Shown: piece by piece, positions 1-9,958 of the stretch | Numbering within the stretch: position 1 is the first letter of the stretch | Layout: each line of letters begins with the position of its first letter | IMG/VR virus record: IMGVR_UViG_3300048691_000181 | Span: 42,964 to 106,963 of that record | Direction: 5' to 3' (one strand) | Source of the DNA: a virus | Length of the DNA: 64,000 nt | The notes under the pieces: generated by a model | The model's input: the letters and a program-made list of their open reading frames with translations, nothing else | What the model was told of the DNA's origin: nothing | Database searches by the model: none | Program-made: the position numbers and the translations under genes

Positions 1-2
1 TC

Positions 3-194
3 TTAACTACGATAACGTCTCAATCAAATGTTGTTTACGATACGCTTAATAGCAGATACGAGATTCAGTTCAAGGCGCTTGATAATCTTCTGAATAATAC
101 TGGAACTATGAAAGTTAACTATACTGTTTCAGATGGTACTTCTACGATAAGCCTATTCCAATATATCTCTTTAGACAATAAGAATTTATGCTAA
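3..194 (+). CDS. 3' end of a virion/fibre-type protein with an Ig-like motif (partial)
   Basis: Open frame from the window edge to TAA 192-194, reading ...MKVNYTVSDGTSTISLFQYISLDNKNLC. YTVSDG resembles the cadherin/Big-type Ig motif. Confidence 0.55.
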   Translation, partial: LTTITSQSNVVYDTLNSRYEIQFKALDNLLNNTGTMKVNYTVSDGTSTISLFQYISLDNKNLC

Positions 195-221
195 GAGAAA
201 ATAACACTTAAATTTACTATT

Positions 222-329
222 ATGCGTATCAATATATTACCTAATCCTGCATCGGCTTATTTCGATGATGAGACATTGGAACTGTTTGCTATTTATGCTC
301 AAGGGCGCATTAATCCTTTTGGACTCTAA
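222..329 (+). CDS. 35-aa small ORF (MRINILPNPASAYFDDETLELFAIYAQGRINPFGL)
   Basis: ATG after an AT-rich leader, TAA stop, then a terminator-like hairpin. Below the ORF-track cutoff. Confidence 0.4.
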   Translation: MRINILPNPASAYFDDETLELFAIYAQGRINPFGL

Positions 330-348
330 GATAGCATACACTAAAAAT

Positions 349-394
349 AAAAAGCGTTTTTGGTATCTCCAATGATACCAGACACGCTTTTTTT
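349..394 (+). terminator. Intrinsic terminator-like hairpin
   Basis: aaaaagcgt-ttt-tggtatc-tccaat-gatacca-gac-acgcttttttt: interrupted stem with flanking A and T tracts. Confidence 0.65.
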
Positions 395-397
395 ATG

Positions 398-405
398 TAT
401 ATTTG
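398..405 (+). promoter_or_regulatory. Bacteroidota-type -7 promoter box (TATATTTG)
   Basis: Matches TAnnTTTG, just after the terminator and ~40 nt upstream of the tail operon ATG at 446. Confidence 0.55.
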
Positions 406-445
406 TATTTAAAGTAAAAAAAGAAAATAAGAAAATCATAACCAG

Positions 446-1177
446 ATGAACTTAAAAACACATATAGACGCACTTAAACAGTTAATGCATGGCGGCATCC
501 CTTCTGATGATAGACGCCTTTCTGACGGCTTCTTATCGCATATTCTCTTTGCGGTCAGAAATGACCTTTTGAGAAAACGCTTAGACAAGGGAGTGGCTCT
601 ATCGGAAGAAGTTTATAGTACACTTTGTATGGATGTTTCAGATTCCGCCTTTCATAATTGTAATTGCGCAGAAGGTGGATGTCCTGTAAAGAGGACTGTC
701 TTTCACGTACCTAATGCACTTCAAACAAAGAAAGGCGTTACATTAAAGGTGATGAATCTAAATGGAGAAGTTATAGATAACCTGAGTGTAGATACCAACA
801 AATACTCTAAAGAGCATGGACTCATACAACGCCTTAAAAGCCCCGATTCCTTTGATATAAGCCAGATGAATTGGTATTTCCACGCGAACCACATCTTCGT
901 TCAAAACAACCCGCATATCAAAAAAATACTTGTCAAAGGCGTCTTTGCAGAATCCGTTTCAAACTTAAATCTTGAACAGTGTACAGGCATAAATACTAAT
1001 TGTGTCTATCCTTATTCTGATTCAGGATTCATTGACCAAGACTTATTACCTGCGCTTTATGCGATGAGTCTTCATCTGATTAACCGTCCTGTTCAAGATA
1101 AGGTGTCAGATGAAATAGATGCGACTGTGCCTACGGAAGCCATGAGTCAAAGGCAGTCCAGAAGAAGAACTAATTAA
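446..1177 (+). CDS. crAss-like conserved virion ring/tail-associated protein
   Basis: SDDRRLS...RNDLL...C...C...RT..P pattern; sits before IHF-like/Ttub/Tstab as in the crAss gene order. Confidence 0.55.
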   Translation: MNLKTHIDALKQLMHGGIPSDDRRLSDGFLSHILFAVRNDLLRKRLDKGVALSEEVYSTLCMDVSDSAFHNCNCAEGGCPVKRTVFHVPNALQTKKGVTLKVMNLNGEVIDNLSVDTNKYSKEHGLIQRLKSPDSFDISQMNWYFHANHIFVQNNPHIKKILVKGVFAESVSNLNLEQCTGINTNCVYPYSDSGFIDQDLLPALYAMSLHLINRPVQDKVSDEIDATVPTEAMSQRQSRRRTN

Positions 1178-1231
1178 GAAAAGAGAAGTAAAAAATAAAA
1201 GAAGAATAACTAAGAATAAAAAATAAAAAGA

Positions 1232-1843
1232 ATGCAATTAAGAGATACATATTTACCAGAATATTTAGAACTATTCGATTATACCGAAAAAGATAAGAGT
1301 TTAGTCGCATCAAGAAAAACAGTAGGGCTTAAAGACTTTTATCTTCATTATGCCTCTGATAGAGCAAAAGAAGGGAAAGCAGTAGAATTCACATTCTCTG
1401 AATTTAAAGAGTTCTGTTCTATTTATAACGAATACTTAGCTCAAGAGATATGTCGAGAAGGTACATGGATTAAATTACCTTTTGGTATGGGACTAATAGG
1501 TATATCTAAATTTACGCCAAGATACTATAAACCACGGTTTAAGAAAGAAGGTGTAGAGCTATATACGAATCCACATTCAGAAGGTTTTGTCGCTAAGTTC
1601 TCGTGGGATAAAGAGAAAGCTATGCTAACGAATAAGACTCTTTGGAGGCACGTAGCTCCATCTTCTCTTAGGCAGAATATAGCTAAGGCTATCTTCAACT
1701 ATGATGCTGCTGGTAAATACCATATCTTAGATAGAGAATCAGAGAAGTTAACACGTCAAGCGTTTAGGAAAGAAAAGAAACAAAAAGAAATGAACGAACG
1801 AGCTGAAAAGCTTAATCTAAAACAAGGAAAAACAAAAGCTTAA
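1232..1843 (+). CDS. IHF/HU-like protein of the crAss structural module
   Basis: KLPFGMGLIGI...NPHSEGFVAKFSW...APSSLRQNIAKAI resembles the crAss IHF-like gene; conserved position before the tail tubular gene. Confidence 0.6.
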   Translation: MQLRDTYLPEYLELFDYTEKDKSLVASRKTVGLKDFYLHYASDRAKEGKAVEFTFSEFKEFCSIYNEYLAQEICREGTWIKLPFGMGLIGISKFTPRYYKPRFKKEGVELYTNPHSEGFVAKFSWDKEKAMLTNKTLWRHVAPSSLRQNIAKAIFNYDAAGKYHILDRESEKLTRQAFRKEKKQKEMNERAEKLNLKQGKTKA

Positions 1844-2673
1844 TGAAATACGTCTCAATAAAATCCATCCTCTATGACCTCTCAACCACGATAGAGCCAA
1901 GCGAATGGAACGAATCTACGGTTATAGAATGGGCTCTAAAGGCTTCGAGAAAGATAGGTGTTATAGATATGTTGACACCTAAGCACGAGTTATGTGAAGT
2001 TATTGGACATACGTTTAAGAAACCTGACGACTTAAAGACTTTAACTCAAGTATGGGTTTATACACTTTCTGTTTCTAATCCCTACTTTAACTCTTCAATA
2101 GAGTTGGCAAGACTTAGGCAACAAGTTGTAGACAGACTTCAAGTACCTAAGCCAGACATCTGGTTAGATGGTATTCTCAATGCACGAGGAGGTTCAATTT
2201 CTCAAACATCAAAGACATGGCGTGTGCTCTATAAGAATACGGGAACACCTATGATGCCCTGCTTACAAGAGAAAAGTTGTATGATGGAATATCGAGAAGA
2301 AGGTAATGCGATTAAGGTAACCCCTAAAACAGCAATTGTTTTATTGTCTTATCTGGCTTATGCCCAAGACAATGGAGAGTATATGATTCCTGATAACGAG
2401 AATTTTAAAGAAGCCTTGACCAATTATATCCTTTATCGCCTATACGACGCTAAAGTAAAAGTAGAGCCTAACCAGTTCAATCAAGCTGAAAGGAATATGC
2501 ATCTTCAACGATATAATACACTGGCTGCACGTGCCAAGGGTGAATTGAATTCACCTGATGTAGGCACACTTGAAAACTTGAAGAATATTCGTACCAGAAT
2601 GATGCCTAAGGGGAATCTCTTTGAATCAGGTTTTCAATCTCTAAATCAACCAGAAAGAGGTAACCGCTTCTAA
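1843..2673 (+). CDS. Tail tubular/ring protein (P22 gp4-like, crAss Ttub)
   Basis: MKYVSIKSIL...IEW...LSY...DNGEYMIPDNENFKEALTNYI pattern; synteny; TAATG coupling to the upstream gene. Confidence 0.7.
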   Translation: MKYVSIKSILYDLSTTIEPSEWNESTVIEWALKASRKIGVIDMLTPKHELCEVIGHTFKKPDDLKTLTQVWVYTLSVSNPYFNSSIELARLRQQVVDRLQVPKPDIWLDGILNARGGSISQTSKTWRVLYKNTGTPMMPCLQEKSCMMEYREEGNAIKVTPKTAIVLLSYLAYAQDNGEYMIPDNENFKEALTNYILYRLYDAKVKVEPNQFNQAERNMHLQRYNTLAARAKGELNSPDVGTLENLKNIRTRMMPKGNLFESGFQSLNQPERGNRF

Positions 2674-2685
2674 ACCAAAAAGAAA

Positions 2686-5600
2686 ATGCAAAAGACACTA
2701 TCTAATACTTTTACAGGCGGGATGAACTGGGCGCTTCTTCCACAACTGGTACCGCCTAATCAATACGAGCAAGCCCTTAATGCTGTAACACAAGATAGAG
2801 AAGGGCAATTAGGTGGCTTATCTACGGAACAATCTAACTTCAAGTGTGGTACACTTCCATTAGACTATGTGCTCATAGGGCATCAACTTCTTTCTGATAC
2901 AGATAAAGAACTCTATGTCTTATTCTATGCAGGAGCTAATGGCTATGGAGAAATAGGTATTCATAATCCTACTGATTGTGGTTACACTAAAATAGTCGGT
3001 TCTACGTGTTTAAACTTTAATGAACAATATCCTGTTTCTGCCTTGTTGAAAATACAAGACAATTCAAATCGGTTTGTTTATTTTACGGATGGCGTAAATC
3101 CATACCGTGTAATAAATATAGACGATAAGGCAAGATATGTTACAGACCCTAATCTTCCTACTGAGACACTTATTTGCGACGCCCTCTTGTTTGCGCCTAA
3201 TATGGAAACACCTTATCTAAAGGCTATAGAAGTCTTAGATGGCGGTTCTTTGAAGATGGGGCATTATCAGTGTTATGCACGTTATGTTGATAAAGAACTT
3301 ATCGTCACAAATGTCATAGCTCAGTCTAATGACGTAATGATAAATAGATACGCTGCTTCAGAAGGATATTTCACTATAGATGGAGGCTACAATATTTCTG
3401 ATGCTGGCATAGCTGCTGGTACAGAGCAATATCCTAAGACTAATAAGTCTATCAAGTACACTTTATACAACACGGACAATCGGTTTGATTATGTCGAATT
3501 CTTGATTGTCCTTTTTACTGGTGGAGACAATGCTATCTCTACGGTAGAAAAGAGTGCCCCTATTGCTATATCCAAAACTTCGTCAAATCCAACAGACCCT
3601 AATGGTACAGTAACATGGGTTTATACAGGATATAATGGACTATCGGGATATTCTATCAATGAGGTGATTATAGATAAGACCATCCTTAGCACAGTAAAAG
3701 CGCATATTCAAAAAGACAATAGACTATTTATTGCTAATACTGTTGAAGAAACGACTATGGACTATTCTCTAATCCAACAAGCAGCATTGTCTATACCAGT
3801 TAGATGGAGAGCAGAACGATTACCTAAGTTTACAGCAAATATAGAAGGAAACTCGAAAAATATGTTAGAGCACAAGACGTATATGCGTGATGAAGTATAT
3901 GCCTTAGGTGTTCAAGGAAGAAAGAAGAATGGTCAAAGGACACCTGTATTTCATATTCCTGGAAGAGCTCCTTTAACAGGGATAGGAGCGCCCCTGTCCT
4001 CTGGTGAAATATTTACTATTCGTACCAACCCTACCTCTGGTTGGGATAAGAAACTCTTAAACATAGTATCTTCTACTACGATTGATGCTACGGGAAATTC
4101 TGTTCAAACACATGAAGTAGAACACTTGACCAAGTATATAATAGGAAATCAGATAGAACGTTGGAGAGTTTATAACACGTCAAATATAGATATAGTTACG
4201 CCAACAGAATTTGGAGGCATCATGGCTTACTATGAATGCGATGAAGTTTACCCTACGATTAAGACACCAAACGGTTTAAATCTTTATGGTTCTTTAACAG
4301 GAAAATCTATTAGGCATCATAAGATGCCTGATACAAATACGATACTCCACTGTACAGATGACGAAGTTCGGCCTTTATCTTTAGACATCGATTTAAGTCT
4401 ATTTGTCTCATCTCTGCCGTCCGTTATTACAAATCAGGTAGAATCATGGCATATTGTACAAGCTGAGCGTACAGATGAAAACAAGACCGTTCTTGACAAA
4501 GGCTTTACCACGTACAACGAGTTTAACCTATATAGAGATACACCTCTTGCCTTCTATGATTCAGATAAAGTTATTTCTTTCTATTCTCCTAAGTCTGTAT
4601 TCCAGAGAGCAGGACTAAATGGGACACACTATAAGATAGAATGGTATAATCGAGAACAAGATGTAGAGGCAAATGTTTCAGACTATACATATTTACAACC
4701 TAATTTTGTTTCTATGGGAGGAGATAACAGAAAGATAGTACGAGAGTTTATTCAAAAGTTAGACACACTTGGACCACTTAAATACAATCCTTCTAATTTG
4801 GCAATAAAGGCATTTACTTATATTTCTCCTACGACATTGAGCTTAACCACAGATAATTTCACATTAGGAAGTCTGGGCAATATTACTGTAACGTTAAGGA
4901 ATAGAAGCTTCTCTAATGCGCTTTTGTTGTTTCAGATGGAAAATGGAAAAGTAATAAAGAATCCTACTGATTCTGCGGCATTCCCTAATGCCAAACCTTT
5001 CTTGACGTATGGTGCTATTAAGCAAGAGAAGTCTGTCTATGGAAACTTAGACCTATTGACCTATTTCGATACCTCCAGAATGCTCAATAGTCCAAACATT
5101 AATACGACCATTAATTCTAATCTTCATATTATCAAATCAGGAGATACGTTTATTACACCTTTGCACGTACATAATATAGCTTTCATTAACTACGGTTCAG
5201 TCCAGAACAATATCACAGAAGATTTCTATTACTATATAGTAGAGTCTGATTTGAATGCGGGTATGAGGCATCAATGGAATGTGAATCAAAAGACTCAGGG
5301 TAATCTTTATCATAAAGGATGGTACACATGGAATGGTGCACCTCAACGCTTTGGTGAAGACATTGAAGAATATTTAGTCAGAATGAACGGAGGTATATAT
5401 GCTGGTTTCTGGTCTAATTCAACGGCAGACAAAAGACTATTTGCTCCTGCCTATCTCTATAACAAAGACTACGGCTATCAGGCTCCAATTAAGCCTCAGT
5501 ATGCCTTGTCGGGACAATACGATTATATCAAATTCTCTGAAAAAAATAGGCACTATTATCGAATTAGATATTCAGAGAAGTCTTTCCAATCAGCAAGGAC

Positions 5601-6951
5601 AGATGCTTATAGAGACTTGCGTCCTAATAACTATGTAGATATAGATGCTCAGTATGGACAGATTAATGACCTGTTTGTGGACAAGAATAATATCTATGCA
5701 CGCACCCATAAGTCTATCTTAATGGTTCCTACAAATGTCCAACAGATAGAAGGCAATGAGACATCTGTCTATCTCGGTAAAGCAGAAGTTATTCCATACG
5801 AACCTAAGGCAGTTTCAAACACAACTTGGTATGCTGGTGGTTATAATTTTATGCACCGCGTAAATACTGAATTTGGTACACTATTAGTAGACATCTATAA
5901 CCATAAGATATTTCTGTTTAGAGACGGTTTAGAAGACATTACCTTATCTATGCAACCTTTCTTTGATTCGTTCCTTAGATGGGACTTATTAGACTTTAAC
6001 GTTGATTATAAATATAATAGAGTTATTACATACTATGATGCATGGAGAAAGAGAGTTCTTATTACAATGCACCGTTGGGTATTGAATCCGAATACGCTTG
6101 AGAAGATTAAGGCTGGGCCAATATCCTATAATGATTCAACTAAACTCTTTAGATTTTCCTATAATGTTCTTGGAGTTCCATTTGAAGACTTACCGATAGA
6201 AGATATAGCAACCTTAGAGAAATATACCATCTCTTACGACTTCTCTAATAAAGCATGGGTGTCTTTTCATTCGTATGTTCCAGATTATGCTTTTGGACTT
6301 AAACAGGGATTCTTAACTCAGCATAAATATCCAGATAGTACACTAAACACAAATGCACTATGGCAACACTCTGATTCTAAGTTCAATGACAAGTCATACC
6401 TCATGTTTCAAGAACAGGACTATTCCTTCTCGATTGAGACAACAATTAATGGAGCGAACGAGATGTCTACTTACCAGAAACAGTTAGATACGTTGATTAT
6501 AGATTCTGCTCAATCGAAACAAGATAGTATAAATACAGTTAGGTGGGATACATTAGAAGCGTATACAGACAAACAACATACGGGCGTAATTAACATATTA
6601 CCTATTGTTCAAGATAAGACTTCGATGATACGTCAGAATCTTTATTCTACTAACTTTGCTGAACTATCAGAGAAAGAAGGTTATTATCACATCAACAAGA
6701 TACTTGATAGAATTAAGGTCGTGAACAATTCGGCTAACTTTATCTGGACATTTAATAACCGTTTAAGAAAAACACTCGATACGGCCAATATATACACGTC
6801 TCAAACAATGAATGCTGGAAGACTAAGTTCTAAGTGGATACGTGTTAAGTTAGGCTTACAATACAATAAAATAACAGACATCGGAATTACGAATAAGGTC
6901 AAGCAAACAATTTTTTCTCTTGGTTCAGATGTAGATATAGTTCTAAGATAA
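2686..6951 (+). CDS. Tail stabilization/muzzle protein (P22 gp10-like, crAss Tstab)
   Basis: NTFTGGMN start, YFTDGVNPYRVINID, DNRLFIAN, YMRDEVYALG, TPVFHIPGR, IRHHKMP, WVSFHSYVP; 1421 aa, beta-rich. Confidence 0.8.
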   Translation: MQKTLSNTFTGGMNWALLPQLVPPNQYEQALNAVTQDREGQLGGLSTEQSNFKCGTLPLDYVLIGHQLLSDTDKELYVLFYAGANGYGEIGIHNPTDCGYTKIVGSTCLNFNEQYPVSALLKIQDNSNRFVYFTDGVNPYRVINIDDKARYVTDPNLPTETLICDALLFAPNMETPYLKAIEVLDGGSLKMGHYQCYARYVDKELIVTNVIAQSNDVMINRYAASEGYFTIDGGYNISDAGIAAGTEQYPKTNKSIKYTLYNTDNRFDYVEFLIVLFTGGDNAISTVEKSAPIAISKTSSNPTDPNGTVTWVYTGYNGLSGYSINEVIIDKTILSTVKAHIQKDNRLFIANTVEETTMDYSLIQQAALSIPVRWRAERLPKFTANIEGNSKNMLEHKTYMRDEVYALGVQGRKKNGQRTPVFHIPGRAPLTGIGAPLSSGEIFTIRTNPTSGWDKKLLNIVSSTTIDATGNSVQTHEVEHLTKYIIGNQIERWRVYNTSNIDIVTPTEFGGIMAYYECDEVYPTIKTPNGLNLYGSLTGKSIRHHKMPDTNTILHCTDDEVRPLSLDIDLSLFVSSLPSVITNQVESWHIVQAERTDENKTVLDKGFTTYNEFNLYRDTPLAFYDSDKVISFYSPKSVFQRAGLNGTHYKIEWYNREQDVEANVSDYTYLQPNFVSMGGDNRKIVREFIQKLDTLGPLKYNPSNLAIKAFTYISPTTLSLTTDNFTLGSLGNITVTLRNRSFSNALLLFQMENGKVIKNPTDSAAFPNAKPFLTYGAIKQEKSVYGNLDLLTYFDTSRMLNSPNINTTINSNLHIIKSGDTFITPLHVHNIAFINYGSVQNNITEDFYYYIVESDLNAGMRHQWNVNQKTQGNLYHKGWYTWNGAPQRFGEDIEEYLVRMNGGIYAGFWSNSTADKRLFAPAYLYNKDYGYQAPIKPQYALSGQYDYIKFSEKNRHYYRIRYSEKSFQSARTDAYRDLRPNNYVDIDAQYGQINDLFVDKNNIYARTHKSILMVPTNVQQIEGNETSVYLGKAEVIPYEPKAVSNTTWYAGGYNFMHRVNTEFGTLLVDIYNHKIFLFRDGLEDITLSMQPFFDSFLRWDLLDFNVDYKYNRVITYYDAWRKRVLITMHRWVLNPNTLEKIKAGPISYNDSTKLFRFSYNVLGVPFEDLPIEDIATLEKYTISYDFSNKAWVSFHSYVPDYAFGLKQGFLTQHKYPDSTLNTNALWQHSDSKFNDKSYLMFQEQDYSFSIETTINGANEMSTYQKQLDTLIIDSAQSKQDSINTVRWDTLEAYTDKQHTGVINILPIVQDKTSMIRQNLYSTNFAELSEKEGYYHINKILDRIKVVNNSANFIWTFNNRLRKTLDTANIYTSQTMNAGRLSSKWIRVKLGLQYNKITDIGITNKVKQTIFSLGSDVDIVLR

Positions 6952-6968
6952 ACAAATCTTAAACGAGA

Positions 6969-9938
6969 ATGAAAAAGAAAATACAAAAACTTAGTCAAGG
7001 TGGAGATATTCTTGGAGGTATATCTAAATTTGCACCTCTGTTAAATATGGTAGCACCAGGATTAGGAACAGGCATAGGTGCTGTTGCGGGATTAGGTTCT
7101 TCCTACTTAAATAACCAAGAGATGAAACAGAAACAAGCAGAAATGGCTATGAACAATCCTGCTAACTATTCTAATCAGAATGCATTTGGTTATGCTCAAG
7201 GCGGTCCAGTTCTTCCTGCTCGAGACAATACATCTGTTCCTAATCCGATATTAAGACCTACGTGGATGGGAAATATGCAGAATCAACAACACTTCTATGC
7301 TCATAATTCTCCAACACAAGCGAATCTAAACATGATGAACATGTACGGACAAGGAGCTCAAGACCTAAATAACCAGAATGCAGCATATAAGAAATCTTTA
7401 ACAAGTCCTTCTACATTAGGTTCTGTTATGGGCAACACAGCCCTTGATGCTTTAGGCTTGTTTGGAGGCAATATGATTAAGCCTGCTGTCAAAGGCGTTC
7501 AAATGGGAAGTGCAAATAAAGTAGAAGACCTTATGCCATTCTCTAATCTATTGAGATGGGCTGATGACATTAAGGTTCTTCCTAAGTCTAATATAGGATT
7601 TAAAGACGGTGGAGACTTGTCTAAATTAGCCCAAGGTGCTGGCTTAGTTACAGGAGCTCCTAATCAGATAGATGGTAATAACATGAACTATAAAGGTTCT
7701 CCAATAGCCCTTAATCATGGTGAGACCTTAGATACGAATAAGGATAGAGTTATCTCTACCAATTACTTTAATCCTGTTACAGGAAAGAAAATAGTAGATG
7801 AAGATAAAGCGTTAAAGAGAAGTAGAGGGAAAGCAGAAAAGATACTTCAGAATGGTTCAGATGTAGCTGCCATGAATACTGTTAAATATACACAACAGAA
7901 AGAAGATGGACTCTATCGTATGCAAGAGATGATTGCTCAAATGGCAGGAGATAGGAATAGACCACAAGACCAACCTCCGCAAGGATATTACAAAGGTGGA
8001 GAGATTGGCAATGAACAAGGAGTTCCTCTAAACAAGTTCTATGAAGAGATGATGAATTCACAAGGAAGAGGCATTCAAGTAGAACAAGTTACAAATAACG
8101 ATACTTTGAATCAAGTAATAGTAGATGCATCTAATAAAGCAGCTAAAAATATTAAACAGAATAAAAAGTCTATTGCTCATTCTGAAGATACGGCTAAGAT
8201 TCAGAGAGAACTAAAAGCTCTTGGTTACGATTTAGGTAATTATGGGAATAAAGGCGTAGATGGTATATGGGGTAAGAAAACTGAATCTGCTTATAATGAT
8301 TCGGTTAAGAAAGGAATATACTATAAAGAAGGAGAGTTAGATTTAACAGATGAGCAGCAAGGATATCAAGCGAAGTTTAAGCATGGCAATAAAGATACAG
8401 ACGCTTTTCTTACTGGGCTTCAAAATTCTAATGCTCTAAAGTTTGATGAATTTAATAGTGGAAATGGATTACTCGATAGCATGATTTATGGACTTGGAGC
8501 GAATCAAAGAAAACATGATGAAAAAGTTCAAAAATGGTATGAAGCTCATCCTTACGAAGGTGTTCCTAAATCTTCTCTAATGAGTAAAGAAAACTCAATT
8601 CGCAAACAAAAGGTAAAAGCTGCTATTTCTAAAAAAGAGATGATTCGTCCTGATGATAGTTCAACTGTCATAGGTACTCCATTTGTGACCAATAGCACTA
8701 CTAAAAAAAAAGAACCTGTTTCAGCTCCCATTAAATCTACTCCAAATTGGGAAAATGCTCCATTGATTGAAGCGTATAGAAATGACCCTGACAAGAGTAG
8801 TTATCGTAATGCGCCTAAAAAAGAAGAAGGCAATTCTATGTTATGGCAAATGCTAACTATACTAAAGAATAACGAAGAAGGAAAATCATTAAGAAATGGT
8901 AGAGCTCAAGACGAAGTTACTAAGCAGGTATTATCTAAAAAGTATGTTACAGGTGGTCCAATAGACTGGGAAAAGAATATGCAAAACTTAGGGAATGTGA
9001 ATCAACGCTATATGCCTGATGGTTCAGAGATTGACCCGATATACGGAACTAATCCTTTGCCATTAAGAACACCTATGATTCCAGACTCTATTCAGTCTAT
9101 GTTTAATCCTGATGCTGGTAGGGGAGATAATGGCGCTTTCTTAAATAGGAGTAATCACTACATTACGGCGCCTTTGCCATTAGGAAGAGAAAAAGGAAGT
9201 CACGCATTAGATGTTCGAGTTAATCCTGATTTAGCTTCTTTGGATACAGACCCTTATGGGAATGCGCTTCAGACTGCTTTATCAGAGCAAGGAGCTGGCA
9301 TTGATACTAAGTTTGCGCCTAAGCAACATAATCCTAATTTCTGGTCTCAATCAACACAAGGAGAAAAGATAGGCATGGCAGGACAAGCAGCTTCTCTTAT
9401 TGCTAAAGGAATAGAATCCTTTCAACCGCTTCAACAACAAGCTACACGTCTTAATACAGCTCCTATTTCTTTAACTCAATTAGACCCTTCTTCTATCTTA
9501 AACAGAAATCAACAATCCTACCAATCAGCCTTAGCAGCCAATCAAGGCAATACCTCTAATCAGAATGTAGGTATACAACAAGCCTTATTTGCAAACAAGC
9601 TATCTGCGGATAATCAAGCACTTTCTCAATTTCAACAACAGAATGCTTCGCTCAAAGATAACTATGAACAAAGATTGGCTCAACGTATGGGAGAGAATAA
9701 TCAATCTGCTAACCAAACAGATGATATTATGGCAAGACGTAGAGGAACACGAGAAAACATGAGAATGGGACTTTATGGAGATGTTGCTACTATGGGTATG
9801 AATGTAGGTAACTTGATGAATACACGTATGTCTAACCAAGCAGGCTTACAAATGATGAAAGGAATAGCACCTGATGTATGGGCTAATCAAATGAAAAATA
9901 TGTCTCCAGCAATGAAGCAATACTTTGGACTTCAATAA
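6969..9938 (+). CDS. Internal virion cargo/ejection protein with a peptidoglycan-binding domain
   Basis: Gly-rich hydrophobic N-terminus; five xxxGG motifs; PG_binding_1-like IQRELKALGYDLG...VDGIWGKKTESA; Q/N-rich C-terminus. Confidence 0.65.
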   Translation: MKKKIQKLSQGGDILGGISKFAPLLNMVAPGLGTGIGAVAGLGSSYLNNQEMKQKQAEMAMNNPANYSNQNAFGYAQGGPVLPARDNTSVPNPILRPTWMGNMQNQQHFYAHNSPTQANLNMMNMYGQGAQDLNNQNAAYKKSLTSPSTLGSVMGNTALDALGLFGGNMIKPAVKGVQMGSANKVEDLMPFSNLLRWADDIKVLPKSNIGFKDGGDLSKLAQGAGLVTGAPNQIDGNNMNYKGSPIALNHGETLDTNKDRVISTNYFNPVTGKKIVDEDKALKRSRGKAEKILQNGSDVAAMNTVKYTQQKEDGLYRMQEMIAQMAGDRNRPQDQPPQGYYKGGEIGNEQGVPLNKFYEEMMNSQGRGIQVEQVTNNDTLNQVIVDASNKAAKNIKQNKKSIAHSEDTAKIQRELKALGYDLGNYGNKGVDGIWGKKTESAYNDSVKKGIYYKEGELDLTDEQQGYQAKFKHGNKDTDAFLTGLQNSNALKFDEFNSGNGLLDSMIYGLGANQRKHDEKVQKWYEAHPYEGVPKSSLMSKENSIRKQKVKAAISKKEMIRPDDSSTVIGTPFVTNSTTKKKEPVSAPIKSTPNWENAPLIEAYRNDPDKSSYRNAPKKEEGNSMLWQMLTILKNNEEGKSLRNGRAQDEVTKQVLSKKYVTGGPIDWEKNMQNLGNVNQRYMPDGSEIDPIYGTNPLPLRTPMIPDSIQSMFNPDAGRGDNGAFLNRSNHYITAPLPLGREKGSHALDVRVNPDLASLDTDPYGNALQTALSEQGAGIDTKFAPKQHNPNFWSQSTQGEKIGMAGQAASLIAKGIESFQPLQQQATRLNTAPISLTQLDPSSILNRNQQSYQSALAANQGNTSNQNVGIQQALFANKLSADNQALSQFQQQNASLKDNYEQRLAQRMGENNQSANQTDDIMARRRGTRENMRMGLYGDVATMGMNVGNLMNTRMSNQAGLQMMKGIAPDVWANQMKNMSPAMKQYFGLQ

Positions 9939-9958
9939 CCTAAACAAAAAGAAACGCA

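Noticed and set aside
1178-1231. Repeated aaaaataaaagaa in an intergenic gap
   Set aside because: Low-complexity A-rich leader; not a CRISPR or iteron array.
8703-8711. A9 homopolymer as a phase-variation site
   Set aside because: In frame (Lys run) in an AT-rich genome; no evidence of slippage.
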